Positions 31,601-39,745 of a stretch of DNA of 64,000 nucleotides are shown here, piece after piece. Numbering within the stretch: position 1 is the first letter of the stretch; the number at the start of each line of letters is the position of its first letter. Origin of the DNA: Spirochaetia bacterium. Lineage in GTDB: Bacteria > Spirochaetota > Spirochaetia > DSM-2461. The stretch covers positions 768,001 to 832,000 of the forward strand of contig OY764216.1 of the NCBI GenBank assembly GCA_963668315.1, read 5' to 3'. The translations under genes were made by a program, and so were the position numbers. The notes beneath the pieces are model-generated. The model did no database searches. It had not been told where the DNA came from and worked only from the letters and a program-made list of their open reading frames with translations.

Positions 31601-31715
31601 AGAACATGAACAGTTATTTGAGAATTATAACATTATTAAGAGAACAATATACTTCATTCTATTTGAACAAAAATTGTTTATTCAAAAATTAAAGAAGAGA
31701 ATTTTGAAAAAGTGA
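28692..31715 (+). CDS. Multidomain glycan polymerase: GT2 + HAD phosphatase + glycan phosphoribosyltransferase-like domain
   Basis: GT2 (IIMPVY, VNDKSP, FLDSDD). HAD (SFDIFDTLL, ISDMYL, HIGDNWFSD). PRT-like (FIGRDGY, ASRRS, FDLGYSGRIQ). Confidence 0.8.
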   Translation: MDALLSIIMPVYGTECFLEKSINSVIGQSYKNIELIIVNDKSPGDVRSIIKPYLDNHNIKYIENNKNLGLFHTRIAGIKEARGQYISFLDSDDYVSIDYYRELLEKAINSNYDIVESRIVMQSENGEKFIQNNNNNLFPELIGKDIQKKFFQQEGLFFHWHVIWNKIYKRELIEQSLPVLTKQKEHLIMTEDVLFSSVFFSNANSYASVDNGCIFYCLHGNASTGKNADFSKFSKNLSDIQLVFSFLLEQFCNSEYKGNINNWKERYSRIWCERIKHEINKCSDRNKLLSKYSLFLSDNTPVRGDDLYHHAVITDWDNRYEHIYELIKRNEVEYVSFDIFDTLLVRDFLDPSDVFELVDRFFSTICSKPNLVKFSNIRIEAESLCRAEEIKNNPLIEDITLDDIYNYILRNYEISEDIINKLKKKELEIEKNNIRQRKSALNLFNGIQSMGKKIILISDMYLSKQFIADLLHNSGYENWEKLYLSSDIKLTKHTGNLFKHVCEDLNINPYKIFHIGDNWFSDKTKATEMGLQSYYYPKIRDLLSTELNGIYSGRFFDPYNNINNNSSWLDNHYVQHNFGMKCLIANTANYFYDKPYKSINYNSDFNVDPFFIGHYSLGITTLLMCRWIKKYCENNNKKRIVFIGRDGYLIKEIFDKYNESENIKTGYIYASRRSLLPALFSEKVNIYGLSDFLNYQEHSPRSILELFNVITIDNLDYRELKKDKIIIDKRFDRKEGFLFFMKYFYNKLLSKDKLSEYKLNLKEYLINNNVDEDAITFDLGYSGRIQSIICHILEKPIDTLFMHTNNETSSILSKRFKFKVKCFYDFVPQISGLIREQLYSESSPSCIGYIRNANNKVIPVFEDYTEFNLVDSLNINKIHYGAIRFVDSFLNDHRDLLELFNISNYEASIPLEYYIHESKEIDRSLFIHSISDDFVHAGRADYNILEWWNWELQKNRGVIGNKKSESVRIAEHEQLFENYNIIKRTIYFILFEQKLFIQKLKKRILKK

Positions 31716-32983
31716 ATTACTACACTCACTATAAAAAATGGCATGATCATACTAATTCTTCATATGTAAAATGGATGAGTTATAAGTATAAAAAATTATT
31801 GAAAAATCATCTACCAGCAGATAAAGATTCAAGAATTCTTGAAGTTGGTTGTGCAAATGGAATTTCTCTATTGGCTTTAAGTGAATTAGGCTACAAGAAT
31901 TTAGATGCAGTAGAAATAAGTAAGGATATGTATAATATTGCATGCCAGTTTTCATCAAAAGTAAAAAATATCGATATTATTGACTATGTAAATACATGTA
32001 ACGTTAGGTATAATTTTATTTATTTAATAGATGTTCTCGAACACATAGATAAAGATAAAATAATATTTGTACTACAAGGATTGTGTAAGTTACTTGAAGA
32101 TAAAGGGAAATTGTTTATTATAACACCTAATGCAACTTCAATCAGCGGTGCTTATTTTAGATATATTGATTGGACCCATCAATTATCTTTTACACCAACA
32201 AGTATATTGCATTTATTGGAAGAGTCAGGTTTTACTTTTGTAGATATATATGAAGAAGATATCATTGGTGATTATGTTGAGGATAAAGAATTAATAAAAG
32301 AAAATATTTTTTTTAAGCAGTTTCATAGATGGATGCAATTTGCTCAATTTGGTTATGATAAGCTGTCATTATTTGTTTCTCCTAATATGAAGGTTATTGC
32401 ATATAAAGAAAGGAATCAAACGTTTGCCTATAAAGTTAATGTTGATATTGATGATAAAATTGATCTGGCAAGTTTTTATTATAATCAATCCTCCCTTTAT
32501 GATGATAATATCGAAATTTATTCCTTACTGAATATATATCAGAAGTTAATTAATAAACTTTCGATTGAAAATAGTAAGCAGATGTATCTAATTGATGAAT
32601 TGAATTCTAAGATAAATGAAAATAGAAGAAAAGAGAGGGCAAATAATATAAAGTATTTATCAGAAATTGAAACAACTCAGAATGCAATTATAGATATGCA
32701 TAAATATCTTTATAATTTAAAAAAACCTAACATATTATATAAAATTAAGACATTCCTTTTTTTATATAAAAATCCAAAGTTCGATAGCGTTTTTTATTCC
32801 AAAAAATATAATATAAACAAAGGACACGTTGGTTCTCTTTTACACTATATTATTAAAGGTGATAAAAAGCTATTCTCTCCAAATATCTATTTTAAATATG
32901 ATTATTATTTTAATAGAAATGCTAATTATTTGAATGGTAAGAATATATTGCTATATGAAATATTGAGGAATAATAATGAATAA
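31712..32983 (+). CDS. Class I SAM-dependent methyltransferase with C-terminal coiled-coil-like region
   Basis: ILEVGCANG, DVLEHI, TPN, DWTH; heptad-like helical stretch; FDSVFY...LLHY...G...P tail. Confidence 0.8.
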   Translation: MNYYTHYKKWHDHTNSSYVKWMSYKYKKLLKNHLPADKDSRILEVGCANGISLLALSELGYKNLDAVEISKDMYNIACQFSSKVKNIDIIDYVNTCNVRYNFIYLIDVLEHIDKDKIIFVLQGLCKLLEDKGKLFIITPNATSISGAYFRYIDWTHQLSFTPTSILHLLEESGFTFVDIYEEDIIGDYVEDKELIKENIFFKQFHRWMQFAQFGYDKLSLFVSPNMKVIAYKERNQTFAYKVNVDIDDKIDLASFYYNQSSLYDDNIEIYSLLNIYQKLINKLSIENSKQMYLIDELNSKINENRRKERANNIKYLSEIETTQNAIIDMHKYLYNLKKPNILYKIKTFLFLYKNPKFDSVFYSKKYNINKGHVGSLLHYIIKGDKKLFSPNIYFKYDYYFNRNANYLNGKNILLYEILRNNNE

Positions 32984-34040
32984 AATAAATCTTCTTTTAC
33001 ATATTGGTATACATAAAACTGGCTCGACAGCAATACAAAGCTTTTTATACTTAAATCATGATGAAATACTAAAACATGGTTACTATTATCCTATTGATCA
33101 TACATTAGTAGAAAATAAATTAATTATAATAAGAAAATTGATACAGACAAATAGTATAAGTCAGCTTAATGTTTTACTTGAAAATCTTGTTAAGAGGGCA
33201 AAGGAAAACAATTGTCATACAGTGATATTATCTGATGAAGATTATCAAGAATTTTGTCATAGTTCTGATGATAGGATAAAATGTTTATCCAACTATTTTA
33301 ATGTAAAAATATTAATGTATGTTAGACGACAGGATCGATATTCAGAATCTGCTTATGGTTTTTGGATCCAATGGCATTATAAGAGAATAACAGCAGAATC
33401 TAGATCAATATTCCATATCTTTCCTCTTGTTAATTACGTTTATCTAGTAAGTTTTTGGGAAACAATATTTTCAAGAGAAAATATATATCTAAAAGTCTAT
33501 GATGATGAATCTAAAAATCATAATTTAATAAATAATTTTATTAAATTTCTTGAAATTGATCTACAAGATATAAAAACACCTGATATAACTGAATCTAACA
33601 TTACAAGTAATAAATTTATATTAGATTTTTTACGTAAAATTAATCATATCCCTTTTTCTGATGAAGAGTATATAAAAATTAAAGAATATCTTTTAACAAA
33701 AAGTATAATTAAAAATGGACCTAAACCGTTTTTTTTAGATGTTAATGAAAGAAAAAGAGTTCTGAACTTGGCATCTGATACAAATAAAGAAATTGCAAAA
33801 AAATATTTTGGTAGAAAAGAACTGTTTACGTATGAAAACCTTGAAGATAAAAGTCCAACATTATCAAATGAAATTTTTAATCAAGTATTTGATGATTTAG
33901 TAAATGAACCGAATTTATCAACATTTATTAATAGATCCTTACTAAATTTGAATATAGAGAAATTAAGGGATTTAATAATTGAAAATAAAAGAGAAAAAAA
34001 TATTAGTTTGTGCGATTATATTGCCAGATATAAAAGATAA
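32976..34040 (+). CDS. Putative sulfotransferase (P-loop sulfotransferase fold)
   Basis: LHIGIHKTGSTAIQ (5'-PSB-like), ILSDE, YVRRQDRYSESAY (3'-PB-like). Confidence 0.7.
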   Translation: MNKINLLLHIGIHKTGSTAIQSFLYLNHDEILKHGYYYPIDHTLVENKLIIIRKLIQTNSISQLNVLLENLVKRAKENNCHTVILSDEDYQEFCHSSDDRIKCLSNYFNVKILMYVRRQDRYSESAYGFWIQWHYKRITAESRSIFHIFPLVNYVYLVSFWETIFSRENIYLKVYDDESKNHNLINNFIKFLEIDLQDIKTPDITESNITSNKFILDFLRKINHIPFSDEEYIKIKEYLLTKSIIKNGPKPFFLDVNERKRVLNLASDTNKEIAKKYFGRKELFTYENLEDKSPTLSNEIFNQVFDDLVNEPNLSTFINRSLLNLNIEKLRDLIIENKREKNISLCDYIARYKR

Positions 34041-35318
34041 ATGGAAAAAAGTGATATTGATTACTGGGAGAAATTTTGTCTGAAAAAGATGATTCCTATT
34101 GTTAAGAATTTCTCGAGCTGGGTAATATCGCAAGCAGATAAAGACAATTTTGACATATTACTATTTCTATCTAGAGATGGGTTTTATCCATATTTATATT
34201 ATAAGAAAGCATCTGCTAATAAACATATAAGGTCAGAAGGCAGGTATGTGTTATCCTCAAGACGTGCATATTTATATGCTTCAAAATTAAATGATAAAGA
34301 TGAACTACTTGATGCAATTCTTAATGAACAAAATAGTATTGAAAAAAAATGTAGTATTAAAGCAATAATTGAAAATATTGGTCTAGATTTATGTAATTAT
34401 GAAGATGAATTAAGAAAATTCGGTTTTCAACATCAATTGATTGATATCCAATCAAATAATCAGAAAGATAAATTAAGAGAATTTCTTGAATATATATATA
34501 GAGATATTCATAATGCTATTGAATTAGAAAAAAAAGCGCTAATGAACTATTTTGAGAATCTAGGGGTAATTAACAAAAGAATTTGTATAATAGATATCGG
34601 TTGGAGAGGAACATCACAGTTAGCACTGATGTCATTATTAAATTGTGAAGTTTTTGGGTATTACTTTTGTTTACAAAAGAAAATTGATCGTAAACTTGAA
34701 AAAAATGTAAAAACATTTATTGATGAACTTTGTTTTTCAAAAATAAAATCCCATTATGTTTTTTCAAATATTATGATGTTTGAGTTTCTGTTTTCAAGTC
34801 CGATGAAGTCTTTAAAACATTTTAATATTGAAAAAGGATATGCTAGACCTGAGTTTATTGATAGAGGCGAGGATAAATATATAAATTCTATCCATAAAAT
34901 CTTTTTAAATGAATATAAAAAGAATATGCATCAATATGATTTTTGCAGATATCAAAGCAATATAGATTTAATTAAATACTTTTTTTTCTTAAATATTAAG
35001 AGTAAAAAAGATCGTATAGCTTTTTCAAGAGTTTCTATAAATATTGGAATTGGTGAGATCAATCCAAATTATCCCATCGTGAATAAAATATCAATTTCAA
35101 AAATTAAATCATACAAAGATTTAAGTTCTTTATATTATAACTCAAAATGGAAAGATACATTATGTATAGAATGGGATGTACTTTCATTTAAGAAGATCAA
35201 ATTATTTTTATTATATAAATTTAGAACTTTGATAATAGTAGATAAGATTATTAAATTTGCAAAAATAATTATCAAACGACCTAGAAAAAGGAACATTTCC
35301 CCATGCCCCAAATCCTAA
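34041..35318 (+). CDS. Stand-alone glycan phosphoribosyltransferase-like protein
   Basis: LFLSRDG, SSRRA, IDIGWRGTSQ, GYYF; resembles the C-terminal part of 28692-31715 but has no HAD motifs. Confidence 0.65.
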   Translation: MEKSDIDYWEKFCLKKMIPIVKNFSSWVISQADKDNFDILLFLSRDGFYPYLYYKKASANKHIRSEGRYVLSSRRAYLYASKLNDKDELLDAILNEQNSIEKKCSIKAIIENIGLDLCNYEDELRKFGFQHQLIDIQSNNQKDKLREFLEYIYRDIHNAIELEKKALMNYFENLGVINKRICIIDIGWRGTSQLALMSLLNCEVFGYYFCLQKKIDRKLEKNVKTFIDELCFSKIKSHYVFSNIMMFEFLFSSPMKSLKHFNIEKGYARPEFIDRGEDKYINSIHKIFLNEYKKNMHQYDFCRYQSNIDLIKYFFFLNIKSKKDRIAFSRVSINIGIGEINPNYPIVNKISISKIKSYKDLSSLYYNSKWKDTLCIEWDVLSFKKIKLFLLYKFRTLIIVDKIIKFAKIIIKRPRKRNISPCPKS

Positions 35319-36487
35319 TCACCGGCGCCGGCCTTTCCGGCGCCGTCATTGCCCGTCATCTGGCGGAAAAAAACTACATACTCACCGTCATAGACGAAAA
35401 ATCCCACACAGCCGGCCACTGCCGTACCTACCGGGACGAGAAAACCCAGGTCATGATACATCAGTACGGCCCCCATATCTTCCATACCGACATTAAGGAA
35501 GTCTGGGACTACGTGAATCGATACGCCGAATTCATGCCCTACACCAACCGGGTTAAAGCCCGCACCGAATTCGGCACCTACAGCCTGCCTGTCAACCTAC
35601 TCACCCTGAGCCAGCGCTTCGGTAAGGAATTCTCCCCGCGGGAAGCCTACGACTTCGTTCAGTCCAAGGCGGATAAATCCATCACCGACCCGAAAAACTT
35701 TAAGGAAAAAGGCCTAAGCCTGATGGGGGAGGAGCTCTACCACACCTTCTTCTCCGGCTACACCTTCAAGCAGTGGGGGCGGGATCCGGAAGAATTGCCC
35801 GCCTCCGTGCTCTCACGACTTCCCTTTCGCTTTAATTACGACGACAACTACTTTACCCACCCTTACCAGGGAATGCCTAAGGAAGGCTATTCTGCGCTCA
35901 TAGACAATATTCTGGATCATCCTAATATAACCGTGAAGCTGAAACATGTCTTTGATAAGAAAGAAGCGGAACAATACGACCATGTCTTCTATTCGGGACA
36001 GCTGGACCGCTACTTCGATTTCGCCCATGGCAGACTGGAATACCGCACTCTGGACTTTGAAAAGTTCTATCCTTCCGAAGAGGAAACCTTGAACGGCGAT
36101 TATCAGGGTGGCGCCGTGGTCAATTACTGCAGCCCCCTGGTTCCCTGGACTCGTATTACCGAGCACAAGCACTTTGCTCCCTGGGAAGAGCACGAAGGTA
36201 CCGTCTGCTACAAGGAGTACAGCCGGAACTGCGAGCCCGAAGATATCCCCTACTACCCGGTCCGCCTGAGCGGCAAAAACGACCTCCTGGGCACCTACGT
36301 GGCCGAAGCCAATAAACTCGCCGGCATTACCTTTGTAGGGCGTTTGGGACTGTACCAGTACTTTGATATGGACAAGACCATCGACGCCGCCCTTAAAACA
36401 GCCCGCCAGTTCGAAGAGAAATTCCGACCCGGAAAAGAGTGTGCTTTACCGATAGCGTACAATCAAGTTCGCAATTTTAATTATTGA
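35303..36487 (+). CDS. glf: UDP-galactopyranose mutase (C-terminus altered by IS insertion)
   Basis: GAGLSG, HQYGPHIFHT, YTFKQWG, YQGMP, TRITEHKHF, PYYP, GRLGLYQYFDMD. Confidence 0.97.
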   Translation: MPQILITGAGLSGAVIARHLAEKNYILTVIDEKSHTAGHCRTYRDEKTQVMIHQYGPHIFHTDIKEVWDYVNRYAEFMPYTNRVKARTEFGTYSLPVNLLTLSQRFGKEFSPREAYDFVQSKADKSITDPKNFKEKGLSLMGEELYHTFFSGYTFKQWGRDPEELPASVLSRLPFRFNYDDNYFTHPYQGMPKEGYSALIDNILDHPNITVKLKHVFDKKEAEQYDHVFYSGQLDRYFDFAHGRLEYRTLDFEKFYPSEEETLNGDYQGGAVVNYCSPLVPWTRITEHKHFAPWEEHEGTVCYKEYSRNCEPEDIPYYPVRLSGKNDLLGTYVAEANKLAGITFVGRLGLYQYFDMDKTIDAALKTARQFEEKFRPGKECALPIAYNQVRNFNY

Positions 36488-37798
36488 AAGAAGCCATCGA
36501 ATTCTCCAGAATGGTAATGCACAACTAAAACCATGGAGGAAGAAAACGATGGCTAAGGAAAATGATAATGGTAATCTGGAAAAAATGCTACTCCAATTCA
36601 TTTCGGAACCGGATCCCATTTTCAGCTTATTGAAATGGCTACTGGAAAAGCTTATGGAAATAGAAGCGGCGAATAAAGTAGGAGCTCAAAAGGGGTCTCA
36701 TTCTACGGGAAGATCCACCCATTTTTCTGGATATCGACCACGCCGATTTGATACTCGTCTTGGAACACTGTATCTCCTTGTCCCCAAGCTCAGAAAAGGC
36801 GGATATATTCCCTTCTTTGTAACAGAAAAGAAGAGATCCGAGCAAGCTCTGATTCAGGTTGTCCAGGAAGCATTTATCAACGGTGTTTCAACCAGAAAGA
36901 TTGAGAAATTGGCTATGAGTCTGGGCATTGAAAATATTTCAGCCAGCCAGGTCTCTGAAATCAATAAGGGACTTGATGAACAGGTAGATGAATTCCGCTA
37001 TCGATCTCTTGATTCAGAATATCCTGTCATCTGGGTTGATGCCCTCTATGAAAAGATCCGGTATAACGGAAGAGTGAGAAATATGGCTGTGATGGTTGTA
37101 TCTGGTGTTAATTCACAAGGATTCAAAGAAATCCTTGCTGTTGAACCAATGCAGGAAGAATCAGAAAGCACTTATACCGAACTGTTCAGGTCTCTTAAAG
37201 CAAGAGGATTTAAAAATGCCTGGCTCTGTGTCTCTGATGCCCATCTGGGACTTCAAGCCGCCATAAGAAAGGAACTCATCGGTTGCTCCTGGCAACGCTG
37301 TAAAATCCATTTTATGAGGAACATCCTGTCCCATCTTCCTGCCAGGGATAAAGAAGCTGTTGCCGGCAGAATTAAGCAGATTTGGAATCAACCGAACTCC
37401 CAATCGGCCCGTGAATATGCATACCGAATTATAGAGGAATTTGAAGAACAATTTCCGAAGTCCATGACTTGTCTTGAAGACGGATTAGAAGACTCTCTTC
37501 AGTATTATGAATTCTCAGAAATAGACAGCCGGAAAACTGCTTCTACCAATCAACTGGAACGATTGAATCGGGAAATCCGTAGACGATCTCGTGTTGTGGG
37601 AATCTTTCCCAGTATTGACTCCTACCTTAGACTAGTCTGTTGTTACCTGATTGAATACTCAGAAGACTGGGCTTCGGGAAAACGGTATATCAGTGAGAAA
37701 TCGATTGATGAACAAAGAATTAAATTAGGTCAGGCTGCCTAATGGGGAATTTTGATGGCTTCTTGAAAGGAAAGTTGCGAACATGGCTGGACACTATC
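36451..37798 (+). mobile_element. IS256-family insertion sequence, 1348 bp
   Basis: Imperfect terminal inverted repeats GATAGCGTACAATCAAGTTCGCAATTTT vs GATAGTGTCCAGCCATGTTCGCAACTTT (22/28 by eye). 8-bp target duplication GCTTTACC at 36443-36450 and 37799-37806. Confidence 0.95.
36549..37742 (+). CDS. IS256-family DDE transposase
   Basis: GYRPRRFDTRLG, GVSTRK, IWVDALYEK, VSDAHLG, WQRCKIHF, TNQLERLNREIRRR. Confidence 0.97.
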   Translation: MAKENDNGNLEKMLLQFISEPDPIFSLLKWLLEKLMEIEAANKVGAQKGSHSTGRSTHFSGYRPRRFDTRLGTLYLLVPKLRKGGYIPFFVTEKKRSEQALIQVVQEAFINGVSTRKIEKLAMSLGIENISASQVSEINKGLDEQVDEFRYRSLDSEYPVIWVDALYEKIRYNGRVRNMAVMVVSGVNSQGFKEILAVEPMQEESESTYTELFRSLKARGFKNAWLCVSDAHLGLQAAIRKELIGCSWQRCKIHFMRNILSHLPARDKEAVAGRIKQIWNQPNSQSAREYAYRIIEEFEEQFPKSMTCLEDGLEDSLQYYEFSEIDSRKTASTNQLERLNREIRRRSRVVGIFPSIDSYLRLVCCYLIEYSEDWASGKRYISEKSIDEQRIKLGQAA

Positions 37799-37824
37799 GC
37801 TTTACCCTTTGCGGAGATATAAAA

Positions 37825-38745
37825 TCATGAGTAGTAAGTAAACAGAAAAAGCAACCCCGCGAATAAACGAACCTTCCCGCTCTCTATCTGACTAAAATCC
37901 TTTTTCTGCTCCTTCAAAATACTTCGGCTTCGTCGGTAATAATCTGGCAGGTTTCCAAAAGCCGTCTTGTCCAGGTTCCAGTACAGGTCCTCGGCTATCT
38001 TGGCCGTTATGAAAGGAGCCAGAATTTCCCTTCTTTCTGTTGCTATGCCCTCAATAAGAGGCAGAATCCGATTATACAAATCGGAAATCCGCCGGGGATC
38101 GTTTTTTTTCTTCACCGAAGAGTCCGGATTCGACTGGCGGTAACTGTAAAGGGATTCCGGCAGAATATAGAGGCTTTGCGCCTTAAGAAATGTCTCCCAG
38201 AAAAAAGGAAGATCCTGGAAGGAAGCCCCCGGCGTTTCGGCAAAACGGATACGGTGCAGCTCCAGAAAATCCCTTCTGTAAAAGGCGGACCAGATGGAAG
38301 GGTTGTTTACCAGCAGCCGGGGATTGGATTCGGGAGTGCATTCCCCCCATTTATCCGACTTGAGTTGGTAGACAGACTCCCGGGGAGGATCGTCCCAGAA
38401 GAGAGTGAAGTTTCCCTTGATAATATCCGCTCCCAAATTCGGCTTAATCCGCTCCAGGCAGTCCGGTTCATACAAGTCATCCGGCTCCAGAATCCCTATA
38501 TAATCGCCCCGAGCCTCGTCCAGTCCCCGGTTCATCGCCTTACCGTAGCCGCCGTTGGGGCCGGTAAACAGGCGAAAACGAGCGTCCCCGGCGGCATAGT
38601 CCTCCAAAATAGTCAAAGAACCGTCGGTACTGCCGTCGTCAATCAGGATAAACTCGGCATCTTCCTTTTGAACGGACAGGGAATTCAAGGCTTGGGGCAG
38701 GTAGTTGCGAACGTTGTAAACAGGAACGATGATGGAAAAAGTCAT
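37825..38745 (-). CDS. Glycosyltransferase family 2
   Basis: IIVPVYNV, IDDGSTD, LEPDD, ETPGASFQD. Confidence 0.92.
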   Translation of the reverse strand: MTFSIIVPVYNVRNYLPQALNSLSVQKEDAEFILIDDGSTDGSLTILEDYAAGDARFRLFTGPNGGYGKAMNRGLDEARGDYIGILEPDDLYEPDCLERIKPNLGADIIKGNFTLFWDDPPRESVYQLKSDKWGECTPESNPRLLVNNPSIWSAFYRRDFLELHRIRFAETPGASFQDLPFFWETFLKAQSLYILPESLYSYRQSNPDSSVKKKNDPRRISDLYNRILPLIEGIATERREILAPFITAKIAEDLYWNLDKTAFGNLPDYYRRSRSILKEQKKDFSQIESGKVRLFAGLLFLFTYYS

Positions 38746-39674
38746 ATCCTATTCAATACCTTTTGCTTCAACCGAAAGAACCAGCCGTGAATATGTATAG
38801 ACAAAGAATAATACGCAAGGGACGTCCGTTTGTTCCGGCTGAATTCCCGGTGCCGTTCCGCTGGAACTTGCCTTTGGGCCCACTTGAGCGTCCGGAATTC
38901 AAAAAGATAAGCGTATAGCAGCCATTCCCGGGTATAATCAGCCTTAACGATATCATGGACCTTGCGGAATATAGGGAATACATCAAAGATTCGGTCTCCC
39001 CGGGTATTGGTTATCGATTCACTCCGGCTGTCGTTGTAGCAGTAGAGCTGACGGGGATAGAAGACGATCCATTCCGCCTTGGACATGGTTTGAAAATGGA
39101 AAGGCATATCTTCGAAAATCAGACCTTCCGAAAAGGTGAAACCGTTCTTGGTAAGAAAATCCCGCCGGTACATACGCCGCCAGACAGAGGGTTGGAAGAG
39201 GAGAGTTTTAGGGTACATTTTCAGATCTCCCGCACTGATCGCACTCTTTTCCAGATAATCCCAGACACGTCCATCTATATATGAAATCCGTTCGTTTCCT
39301 CTGTTCATGAAGGCATCGGCTATAACCATGTCCGCCCGGGAAGATTCCAGGGATTCAGATAGAGCCGTCAGGTAATCGGGCATAAGGCAGTCGTCCGAAT
39401 CCACAAAGGCGATAAAATCTCCCTTCGCGGCGGCGATCCCTCTGTTGCGGGCGGCGGCCAGTCCCCGGTTTTCCTGTGAGATGATCTGTATTTGGGGAAA
39501 GAGGCGGATATGATTCTGGACGATACCCAGAGAGTCGTCGGTGGAGCCGTCGTTAACGGCGATCAGTTCCCACTTATCCTTGGGCAGAGTCTGCTTATCA
39601 AGGGAGTCCAGGCAGCGGGGGAGATCCTTTTCCACGTTGTAAACGGGCAAAATGACGGAAACCAGAGGAGTCAT
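38742..39674 (-). CDS. Glycosyltransferase family 2
   Basis: VILPVYNVE, VNDGSTD, ARNRG, FVDSDD, FED; ATGA coupling to the next gene. Confidence 0.92.
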   Translation of the reverse strand: MTPLVSVILPVYNVEKDLPRCLDSLDKQTLPKDKWELIAVNDGSTDDSLGIVQNHIRLFPQIQIISQENRGLAAARNRGIAAAKGDFIAFVDSDDCLMPDYLTALSESLESSRADMVIADAFMNRGNERISYIDGRVWDYLEKSAISAGDLKMYPKTLLFQPSVWRRMYRRDFLTKNGFTFSEGLIFEDMPFHFQTMSKAEWIVFYPRQLYCYNDSRSESITNTRGDRIFDVFPIFRKVHDIVKADYTREWLLYAYLFEFRTLKWAQRQVPAERHREFSRNKRTSLAYYSLSIHIHGWFFRLKQKVLNRI

Positions 39675-39679
39675 AGGAT

Positions 39680-39709
39680 ATCATACAGGAGGTTTCCCTG
39701 TCGCGTCAA
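39680..39709 (-). promoter_or_regulatory. Sigma70-type promoter of the GT2 pair (leaderless)
   Basis: TTGACG, 18 nt, TATGAT, then ATG 5 nt later. Confidence 0.6.
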
Positions 39710-39745
39710 ATATTCGAAGAAAAATTTGCTCAGAGGGGATGTGAT

